From the NCBI GenBank assembly GCA_963675515.1, contig OY776328.1, positions 2,280,001 to 2,312,000 of the forward strand: a stretch of 32,000 nt of DNA, given 5' to 3'. The notes beneath the pieces are model-generated. The model had not been told where the DNA came from and made no database searches. It was given only the letters and a program-made list of their open reading frames with translations. Below are positions 15,850 to 23,869 of the stretch, in pieces (positions within the stretch are counted from its first letter, which is position 1; every line of letters begins with the position of its first letter). The position numbers and the translations under genes were made by a program. Origin of the DNA: Coprobacillaceae bacterium (lineage in GTDB: Bacteria > Bacillota_I > Bacilli_A > Erysipelotrichales > Coprobacillaceae).

Positions 15850-16461
15850 TTATTCACTATAGTAATACTCGGTATATAGAACTATGTTTCCATATCTTGA
15901 AGATCCATAGTATAAATCCGCAGTATACCTAACTGCCCCTGTGCGACCTCCATCAAGATATGAATACTTCGGGCTACTTATGTTGCTCAACCATGCATCA
16001 GCTATATAGCACGCAAGCTTATAATTTATTTGAGAATTTCGCATATAACTTATTTGGGTACCTGAAACGTTATAAGTTGTTGTAATAGAAAAGTATGTTG
16101 CCATGCCCCAAATATCTTTCGTTTTTGTTTTTGTAACTGTCGTTGCAGTAGCAGTTGCGGTTGCGGTTGCAAGCGATTGGAGTGTAAATAATTCAAAATC
16201 TACCGAATCTCTCAAACTGATGTAGTCAATTAGCTCCCTTTGTTGTTGAGCGACTTGACGGGTTATATTAATATAATCATCAAGTGAAATTTCCGATTCA
16301 TCGATAGGGAGAAATGTCATATCGACACCAAATTCTCCAACAATTTGATTAAAAGCTTCCTCGTAACTAACCATCTTAAGCGAACTTGATTCAGCATATA
16401 CATCAATATTAAACCCGAACATAATTGTAAAAAGTACTACAATACTAACTAATTTTTTCAT
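15850..16461 (-). CDS. Hypothetical secreted protein (203 aa)
   Basis: GAGGGGG RBS and signal peptide MKKLVSIVVLFTIMFGFNIDVYA. It has a central ATATATATATTVTKTKTK linker and a Tyr-rich C-terminal domain (YTADLYYGSSRYGNIVLYTEYYY) that loosely resembles the C-terminus of the 15114-15683 product. Confidence 0.6.
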   Translation of the reverse strand: MKKLVSIVVLFTIMFGFNIDVYAESSSLKMVSYEEAFNQIVGEFGVDMTFLPIDESEISLDDYINITRQVAQQQRELIDYISLRDSVDFELFTLQSLATATATATATTVTKTKTKDIWGMATYFSITTTYNVSGTQISYMRNSQINYKLACYIADAWLSNISSPKYSYLDGGRTGAVRYTADLYYGSSRYGNIVLYTEYYYSE

Positions 16462-16526
16462 TTGAATCCCCCTCTTTATTAAACAGAATATAAAACATTG
16501 TGAATCCTATTTTCTCATTCATAATT

Positions 16527-16675
16527 TTGAATGACCATAAAATACTGGCAGAAATTTTTTGGTTATCGCAAATACGGTGACTAATTTGAAATACTGAAAT
16601 ATATTGGTTTTTCAAGTGATCAAATTTCGACATTTCACTACAAAAATTCTCAACCTGAGCTATGTAACATTCAAA
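16527..16675 (+). repeat. MITE-like 150-bp element, copy 2
   Basis: It aligns along its whole length with the reverse complement of 11755-11904. The ends are TTGAATGACCAT and ATGTAACATTCAA. Track ORF 16445-16633 lies inside it and is probably spurious. Confidence 0.6.
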
Positions 16676-16810
16676 TTCTTAATAATAAGCAAAATAATGA
16701 TTGCAAAGCTATTTGAGTATCCCTTCAATAATTCATTCAATCACTAATATTATTTATTATGAGTGTTTCTCAATTTGCAATTTCAAAGCTAAGATAACAA
16801 AATTTTACCA

Positions 16811-17098
16811 TTACAAGCCCGTTACAATATCGGACAACATTTTTACATAATTCTCAAATTGCTCCCTGCCAAATTTTGTTAACTCATAGTTTGTTATAAT
16901 TCTATTTTGTTGCTTAACCTTATATGAGCTTATATATTCCCATTCCTCCAATTTCTTAAGCTGTACGCTTAAATTCCCATCCGAACATTCAGCCAGCATC
17001 TTCAAATCATTAAAATTTTTAGAAGAATCAATAAGTGAACTAATAATTACCAATCTCAATGGCAATGTAAATGCTTGAGGAATATTCTTAATATTCAT
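16811..17098 (-). CDS. Winged-helix transcriptional regulator (ArsR/PadR-like small wHTH)
   Basis: PLRLVIISSLIDSSKNFNDLKMLAECSDGNLSVQLKKLEEWEYISSYKVKQQNRIITNYELTKFGREQFENYV is a typical wHTH pattern. I prefer the ATG at 17098 over the GTG at 17110. It overlaps the upstream gene by 11 nt. Confidence 0.7.
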   Translation of the reverse strand: MNIKNIPQAFTLPLRLVIISSLIDSSKNFNDLKMLAECSDGNLSVQLKKLEEWEYISSYKVKQQNRIITNYELTKFGREQFENYVKMLSDIVTGL

Positions 17099-17765
17099 TT
17101 GATAATTCACTACTTCTTAAGTATATCCCCAGAATAATATAACCAACCGAAATTATCAAGTTGAACGCTATGGACCAAAACGGAATAGACATTGTATATA
17201 TGTAAACTTTCGCAGTAATTCCAACACTCTGTGCATACAACACAAACATTAAAAACGTAACGCACATCACAATGGCACCAGTTTGAAAACGCCTTCTACT
17301 ATAAGTAAAACTGATAACTGCATAAAGAAATAATATCAAATTAGCGATAACGTTAATATTTATGGATTGATTTATAACAATTATTGGATTGACATCACTG
17401 GTATAGTAAAGAAAGATCTTTGCGGCTACCAAGATCAACGGTAAAATAAATGTGATAAACATAAATAATCTGAGAAATCCTAAAAAATATAAATTTGAAG
17501 AATCCTTATACTTGTTTAGCAATTTCTTGAATTCTACGTAAAACCCCAAAAGCATCAACGCATCTATTACAAAGCCAAATAAAGCAACCTCGTTATACGT
17601 AAAAATCAGAAAGCTCGAAATTGTTAAGAAAATAAAGTTCACAAAATTGACAACCCCTAAAATGATAAATATTTTCCCTACTACATCACTCCTTTTTTTT
17701 GTCCTCTCAATAGAGTCACTAATTGTCCTAATTTGTTCAATGGCATTTTCAATATCTTCATTCAT
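17088..17765 (-). CDS. Hypothetical polytopic membrane protein (225 aa)
   Basis: GGGAGGA RBS and roughly six hydrophobic segments. It is translationally coupled to the wHTH regulator. Confidence 0.6.
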   Translation of the reverse strand: MNEDIENAIEQIRTISDSIERTKKRSDVVGKIFIILGVVNFVNFIFLTISSFLIFTYNEVALFGFVIDALMLLGFYVEFKKLLNKYKDSSNLYFLGFLRLFMFITFILPLILVAAKIFLYYTSDVNPIIVINQSININVIANLILFLYAVISFTYSRRRFQTGAIVMCVTFLMFVLYAQSVGITAKVYIYTMSIPFWSIAFNLIISVGYIILGIYLRSSELSNEY

Positions 17766-17819
17766 AATGATTCCTCCCGTAAAATAAATTTCCTAAAACA
17801 AAAAGATAACCAAGATATT

Positions 17820-17880
17820 CACTTTATAATATAAAGGAGTTTCTTACTTTATATTATAAAGTGAATATCCAATTTGTCAA
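17820..17880 (-). promoter_or_regulatory. Promoter with overlapping 17-bp perfect palindrome (candidate operator) of the membrane-protein/wHTH operon
   Basis: On the minus strand: TTGACA (complement of 17875-17880), 16-nt spacer, TATAAT (complement of 17853-17858). The inverted repeat is CACTTTATAATATAAAG (17820-36) / CTTTATATTATAAAGTG (17847-63). The -10 box lies inside one arm. Confidence 0.6.
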
Positions 17881-18099
17881 TATCAATATACAAATTTCTA
17901 AATAACCTTCAAATACGCGAAACATATCTTTTGCTTAAGAAAAATGAAAGTTCATCTGCAATACATGGGATATTACTCTCTAGCCATCACCAATAAAAAC
18001 TCAAAGAAAAATTTTTATCAATATCAAAAGCAAGTAATACCATTATCCATTTATTTGCACCTATCTGACATATCAAAGGTTATTTAAACTATAATTTCA

Positions 18100-18432
18100 T
18101 AAAAAAGAATTTGGTTACCGAAAAGGAGAAGTACTCCTCACTACCCCGTTAAGGGCAATAGCATTTCCCAGCTTATATACTGACTTGCTTGAGTCTAGTC
18201 GCAGTATGTGTGTCTTGCGGAATCACGGCCTTACTATTTCACCAAGATAGTTTAAATGTAGGTTTTATCGCCATCATTTCAATGTTGCGAACCCATTTGG
18301 CTATTCCAACTGTTAATCAATAACCTATTCAATTTTCAATGATCTAAACGCAAAAAGTGTTGATTTTAATAATCAACACATCATTAATTACGATTAGAAA
18401 ATTGAAAATAGTTCGACAACGAGTAACCATAT
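18100..18432. repeat. Conserved non-coding right module, copy 3 (end of cassette C), uninterrupted
   Basis: See copies 1 and 2. It contains TTTCAATG twice (18277-84 and 18334-41) and an inverted near-copy AATTGAAAA (about 18401-18409). The tail is gttcgacaacgagtaaccat. Confidence 0.9.
18350..18379 (-). terminator. Minus-strand intrinsic terminator inside right module copy 3
   Basis: GTGTTGATT (18357-65) / AATCAACAC (18371-79), with a T-run on the minus strand (A-run 18352-56). Confidence 0.55.
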
Positions 18433-18473
18433 CGCACCATACTAACAACAACGGCTTTAACGGCCGTTTTTTT
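18433..18473. repeat. Junction 3 (attR-like): core copy 3, followed by unrelated flank
   Basis: The sequence is cgcaccatactaacaacaacggctttaacggccgttttttt. After the T-run it reads gtgcccttttttcattgtggc, which has no similarity to the left arms. Confidence 0.85.
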
Positions 18474-18750
18474 GTGCCCTTTTTTCATTGTGGCAACAAT
18501 TTGGGAACATTTTTCAAAATTAGATAATTCGCCGTTTATATTTATTATGTAGATGTCAAAGAATAATAATACGAATCTGAATCAATGATAAGATTACCTG
18601 ATTCAATCCAGAATATGACCAAACAATAAATGAGTTTATAGATAATACATCTTGTAAACAAGTCAGCATTTTTACTGGCATAAATGGAGCAATGGAGTCA
18701 ACATTAAATATGAATATGATTATTGTGAAACAAGTCATGTTCAACAAATT

Positions 18751-18948
18751 ATGAGCCGAGCAAATTGCAAGTGTGATAAAGCGCCAATGGAACGCTATTT
18801 CAACACGATCAAAAACGAATATCCAACGATATTAACATATTAAACAATAAAGAGATGTCTCGAGGGATTAGCGAATCCAGTCATGTGAAATGTAACCACA
18901 AGCGGCTGCATTCATCCAATGACGGATTGCCACCAAGTATAGCACGAT
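18751..18948 (+). pseudogene. IS3-family transposase, C-terminal remnant with frameshift
   Basis: SRANCKCDKAPMERYFNTIKNEY matches the GNCxDNAPMExFF..LK.E motif. In another frame, ISESSHVKCNHKRLHSSNDGLPPS matches the YNhkRlHssLgy.sP motif. It differs from the IS3 copy at 6542-7755. Confidence 0.6.
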
Positions 18949-18977
18949 AAGAAAAATTAATACTTCATCCCCTGGTG

Positions 18978-20225
18978 TTACAATTTCTCTTGACTAGAAC
19001 GATTTAAATTCGAATGATGCCTACTAAACATTAAATAGAGAAGTCCTATATTGATCGTATTGAGTACAAGTCCGATGATAATGACATTGATATATGTCCC
19101 TGTAAAATCATAAATATACCCGATTATTGTCAAAGAGACGGAACTGCCCACATTTGTCAAAAATCCAATTGTGGGGTACACTGATATGTAATTATCAGCT
19201 CCAAAAAAATATTTTGTCAATAATGGTATGCCTACCGCTCCTACCGAATATACCGATCCAAAAATGAAAGAACCCATTATCAATATCAGCAAATTCATAT
19301 CACGAATACCCAACAACAACATGCAGAGTGAAAAAATATTGACTGAAATCATTGTGGCACACGCTATTACAGGTGTTAGACGATCACTGATAAAACCAAT
19401 TAGGAGTTTAGTAATAATATTACCCAACATAACCAACGACATCATGGTCGCACCGGTATTTGCACTCATGCCTATGCTTGAAGTAATTCCCGACAAATGC
19501 TGGGTTATCCCTGTTATGGATGTATGCAGCAGGGTGAATATGCTCAAAACCGCAAAACTAACCATCCCTAGAGAAAATGGATTGATTTTTCTTTTGACTG
19601 AACTTTTTACATTTTCTTTAACATAACCGTATGGCAACATATTAGCATCAGCCGGTTTTATTGTCCACGGCCATATCAGCGTAGGCAGGGTTAAGGAAAA
19701 AATACAAACTGCCATCAGCAGATAGGTTTTTTGCCAACCGAAATTTGTGATCCATGCACTCAGTAAAGGCGAAAAAACCGCTCCCGCCAACCCACTGAAG
19801 CTTAGGGCGATGCTTGTTGCAACACCGTGTTTTTTATAAAACCAGTTGGTGATGATAAGGGTCATCGGAACCATGCCATACAGCCCCACCCCAACACCTC
19901 TGACGATTCCTAACAGATAGAACGCCAATATCGACCTGGCGCACGACATGCAGGCAGTTGACATCGTTGCCAAAACAACACCAATAACAAGAATATTTTT
20001 ATAGTGATATCGTTTGATTATTTTTGGCATGAATAATGAAATCCCGGCTGTTGCCAATGACGATAAGGTCGCATGCATCGCAAACGTTCCTCTTAATACA
20101 TTCAAACTATCTGACACCGGAGTATAAAAAACCCCCACCGAATTAATGCATAGACCGATCGAACTTGCGGATAGGCAGCACATAAATATAACAATGACCC
20201 AATGTTCATAACTCCTGTTTTTCAT
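18978..20225 (-). CDS. MFS transporter (12 TM, oxalate/formate-antiporter-like subfamily by overall look)
   Basis: 415 aa and hydrophobic throughout. AAAGGAGGAG RBS. The subfamily assignment is only an impression. Confidence 0.75.
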   Translation of the reverse strand: MKNRSYEHWVIVIFMCCLSASSIGLCINSVGVFYTPVSDSLNVLRGTFAMHATLSSLATAGISLFMPKIIKRYHYKNILVIGVVLATMSTACMSCARSILAFYLLGIVRGVGVGLYGMVPMTLIITNWFYKKHGVATSIALSFSGLAGAVFSPLLSAWITNFGWQKTYLLMAVCIFSLTLPTLIWPWTIKPADANMLPYGYVKENVKSSVKRKINPFSLGMVSFAVLSIFTLLHTSITGITQHLSGITSSIGMSANTGATMMSLVMLGNIITKLLIGFISDRLTPVIACATMISVNIFSLCMLLLGIRDMNLLILIMGSFIFGSVYSVGAVGIPLLTKYFFGADNYISVYPTIGFLTNVGSSVSLTIIGYIYDFTGTYINVIIIGLVLNTINIGLLYLMFSRHHSNLNRSSQEKL

Positions 20226-20436
20226 TGATTGTCTCCTCCTTTGACTGTTGTTCTTCCAACCGGGGCATTGGTATTTTCATCTTGTATTTCCAGCCCAACC
20301 CACAAGGCGCAACCAGATTAGGATATTGATCGCATTTGAAATGATCTGAATTTTTACCATATCGCCCTATCGGGTTGCAATTACCACTTCAATATAATCT
20401 ACCTGCGATTTTATTTCCATCGATTTCCAGATTTGA

Positions 20437-20473
20437 GAAATGAAAACACACAAGCCTAAAACTTGTGTGTTTT
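20437..20473 (-). terminator. Intrinsic terminator after the RpiR gene
   Basis: On the minus strand: AACACACAAG-ttttagg-CTTGTGTGTT followed by a T-rich tract. The hairpin includes the last codons and the stop of the RpiR gene. Confidence 0.7.
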
Positions 20474-21226
20474 TGAATATTCCTGGGCGATCAGTCCGGC
20501 GATAAATTGTAATTGATAAGGATGACTCCCCTGATCTTGTAGCGAATCAAACAGTATGAGCTCATCAACATAATCAGGATAATCTATTCGGCCACTCGAG
20601 ATCAGCCATATCTTAGGGTGCACCAATTGTTTTTTCAATGCACGGAGATCTTGATAATCGAAATATGATCCGGTGTATGAAAAGATTATTATCAGGTCTT
20701 CTTCATTGGCAGTCAAAATGTACTTGATTTGTTCAGTATATGAGACATTCGTATACACCTGTTTTCCTAGCATCAACAGATTTCCCTGAAGATTGATAGC
20801 GACTGATCCAGCCTTTAGCAACCCAAAAACCGCCACCCTCTTGTATTTGCGGATGTCATCGCATATGGGTTGGATCTTGGTCAAATCAACCGAATTTTTC
20901 ACCATATTTATGCTTTCGATTACCTTGGACGCATATTCTTCCGCTCGTTGGGATAATCGAGAAGAAACCGACTGCTCCTCAAATGATAAATCGGTGGACA
21001 GCAGCAGCTCGCGAAGCTCCACAAAATCTCTAAGTCCGATTTCCTTGCAAAAACGGGAAATCGAACTTACAGCAACATTGCATCTGGCTGCCATCTCTTT
21101 GATTCCGATATTCCGTACCTCACCTAGATGATCCAATATATATGTCGCAATTGAACTGTTGATCGAGCCACTTTTCTCACTCGCAATAGTGCTTAGAAAT
21201 ACAATTGGCAGCTTATCGTAAATCAT
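20456..21226 (-). CDS. MurR/RpiR-family transcriptional regulator (HTH_6 + SIS domain)
   Basis: IATYILDHLGEVRNIGIKEMAARCNVAVSSISRFCKEIGLRDFVELR is an RpiR HTH. The C-terminal half is SIS-like. The start is set at MIYDKL (ATG, complement of 21224-21226). Confidence 0.85.
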   Translation of the reverse strand: MIYDKLPIVFLSTIASEKSGSINSSIATYILDHLGEVRNIGIKEMAARCNVAVSSISRFCKEIGLRDFVELRELLLSTDLSFEEQSVSSRLSQRAEEYASKVIESINMVKNSVDLTKIQPICDDIRKYKRVAVFGLLKAGSVAINLQGNLLMLGKQVYTNVSYTEQIKYILTANEEDLIIIFSYTGSYFDYQDLRALKKQLVHPKIWLISSGRIDYPDYVDELILFDSLQDQGSHPYQLQFIAGLIAQEYSKTHKF

Positions 21227-21239
21227 CCTATCCCCCCCC

Positions 21240-21791
21240 TTATTTACCACCGGCAAAATTATACAGCATTCTCTCTTTTAACATTGTAACATCTTTTCCT
21301 AATATTTGGGCAATTTTGTATGCAAATGGATATGGTGTCGCCGGTCCTTGGCTTGTGATGATGTTTTGGTCAAACACAACAACCTCATCTCTAAAAATTC
21401 CGCCGCGCAGCTTTTTGTCATATCCGGTATAACCAGTCACTTGTTTTCCAGTAATAACACCGGCGTCTGATAAAACTACTGTCCCAGAACACATTGCTGC
21501 AAGATACTTTCCCTGAACGTCATAATATTTTACAAGCTCAATGACTGCAGGATTGTTTTTCAAGTTATCTCCACCAGGTCTTCCGCCAGGTAGAACCAGC
21601 AAGTCATATTCTTTCACTTCTTCACCAAAAATCTTGTCGGCTTTGATTCTCATATTGTGCATGCCTAATACAAATTCACCATCAAAAGAAAACGTATGAC
21701 ATGTGATACCACTTCGTCTCAAGATATCCACAATTGTAAGTGTTTCGCTTTCTTCATAGCCTTCGGCCATCAACACTGCGACTTTTGCCAT
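21240..21791 (-). CDS. DJ-1/PfpI (ThiJ) family protein, copy 2
   Basis: MAKVAVLMAEGYEESETLTIVDILRR...LLVLPGG...AAMCSG is the nucleophile-elbow Cys context. GGGAGGG RBS. Confidence 0.85.
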   Translation of the reverse strand: MAKVAVLMAEGYEESETLTIVDILRRSGITCHTFSFDGEFVLGMHNMRIKADKIFGEEVKEYDLLVLPGGRPGGDNLKNNPAVIELVKYYDVQGKYLAAMCSGTVVLSDAGVITGKQVTGYTGYDKKLRGGIFRDEVVVFDQNIITSQGPATPYPFAYKIAQILGKDVTMLKERMLYNFAGGK

Positions 21792-22352
21792 TTATTGTCC
21801 CTCCCTTTCATCGAATGCGTTAAAGTAAACCATTCTTTCCTTGACCGACCGGGAATCACCACCAAGCAAATCCACAAGTTTGTATGCAAAAGCATAGGCG
21901 GTGGCCGGTCCACGACTTGTCACAACATTGTCATCGACAACAACAATGTCCGACAGGTAATTTCCTTCAGCAATCTTTTGATCGTATCCAACATAGGCGG
22001 TATAGTTCTTCCCCCTAAGTATTCCCGCACGATCCAATGCGATTGGAGCTGCGCACATTGCGGCTATATAGGCACTATTTTCATTCATTCTGACTAATAT
22101 TTCCATAAGTTCATCGCTGTCACGAAGATTTGTTGCTCCAGGCATGCCACCAGGAAGGACAATCATATCATAATCGGCTACATTTCCATTCAATATACCG
22201 TCAGTTTTGACAACAATGTCATGTGCCCCCGTCACCTCGCCTGCAAAGCCAATCAGATCACACCTGATATTGGCCCGACGGATAATATCGACAATTGTCA
22301 AAGTCTCTCCTTCTTCGAATCCAGGAGCCACAATTACTGCTACTTTTTCCAT
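21792..22352 (-). CDS. DJ-1/PfpI (ThiJ) family protein, copy 1
   Basis: MEKVAVIVAPGFEEGETLTIVDIIRR...MIVLPGG...AAMCAAP is a paralog of the adjacent gene. The start is set at the ATG (complement of 22350-22352) with a GGAGGT RBS. Confidence 0.85.
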   Translation of the reverse strand: MEKVAVIVAPGFEEGETLTIVDIIRRANIRCDLIGFAGEVTGAHDIVVKTDGILNGNVADYDMIVLPGGMPGATNLRDSDELMEILVRMNENSAYIAAMCAAPIALDRAGILRGKNYTAYVGYDQKIAEGNYLSDIVVVDDNVVTSRGPATAYAFAYKLVDLLGGDSRSVKERMVYFNAFDEREGQ

Positions 22353-22433
22353 TTTTCTACCTCCAATTTTCCTATCCAACCCGAATATATTACATTTATT
22401 TCCGCTTTTCCATTGATTTCCCGATTTAAGAAA

Positions 22434-23597
<1,164 letters not shown>

Positions 23598-23703
23598 TCA
23601 AAAACAATAACGTATGGCAGTACTGTTGAAATCACAACAACGATGGCAAGTGAAATTGTACCCTTGAGTATATTTCCATTTCCTTCTCCCAGGGAATTCT
23701 CGT

Positions 23704-23744
23704 TATAAAAAATATGAGAGACCATTTGGCGAATGGTCTCTCAT
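23704..23744 (-). terminator. Intrinsic terminator after lacX
   Basis: Perfect 13-bp stem ATGAGAGACCATT/AATGGTCTCTCAT (23714-23744). On the minus strand it is followed by ATTTTTTAT. Confidence 0.85.
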
Positions 23745-23869
23745 TTGTTATAAAGATAATTATTGCATATAGACAAATCGAATAATATAATACAAACGTA
23801 ATAGAAATCAATTGTTTTGATTGTAAGATGCCTGGTTATGATAGCCAAAAGCACCAAAAGCCAATCAAT

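Noticed and set aside
16130-16175. GCN/ACN-rich stretch encoding ATATATATATTVTKTKTK as a possible phase-variable simple repeat
   Set aside because: The DNA repeat is imperfect (gca gta gca gtt gcg gtt gcg gtt gca). It is in frame and its units are multiples of 3, so slippage would not switch the gene off. It is more likely a flexible linker.
16445-16633. Track ORF 16445-16633 (-), 62 aa
   Set aside because: It lies inside the MITE-like repeat and overlaps the start of the 203-aa gene. The other MITE copy does not keep the frame.
18281-18322. 13-codon ORF MLRTHLAIPT(V/I)NQ conserved in all three modules
   Set aside because: There is no Shine-Dalgarno sequence upstream. Conservation is no higher than in the surrounding non-coding sequence, so it is probably coincidental. 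It would need ribosome profiling to revive.
18100-18439. Right module plus cgcacca as a tmRNA-like or tRNA-like gene ending in an acceptor-CCA
   Set aside because: I looked for a 5' segment complementary to the 7 nt preceding ACCA (ATATCGC in copies 2 and 3, CACTTCG in copy 1) and for a T-arm around GTTCGA. Neither pairing exists. The acceptor-proximal sequence is not conserved between copies.
9883-18473. Could the repeated modules be a CRISPR array or other short-repeat locus?
   Set aside because: The repeats are about 335-390 nt rather than 24-48 nt. The spacers are 2.5-4.5 kb and gene-bearing. There are no cas genes. The architecture is that of tandem insertions.
6317-18473. Hidden integrase, excisionase or relaxase pseudogene within the cassettes
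   Set aside because: Hand translation of the inter-ORF gaps (7756-8021, 9486-9882, 12420-12648, 14072-14514, 17881-18099) gave only short, stop-rich frames. None showed the R..HxxR..Y or serine-recombinase motifs. A sensitive TBLASTN or HMM scan is still needed to exclude highly decayed remnants.
18556-18747. Track ORF 18556-18747 (-), 63 aa
   Set aside because: It sits in AT-rich, apparently decayed IS-derived DNA just upstream of the IS3 transposase tail (18751-18948). It has no RBS or recognisable family.
20226-20455. Riboswitch in the long leader of the MFS transporter
   Set aside because: I compared it by eye with TPP, FMN, SAM, lysine, glycine, fluoride, c-di-GMP, ykkC, yybP and M-box core motifs and found none. 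Only generic complementarity is present. It is mentioned under the DJ-1/RpiR finding as a cmscan target.
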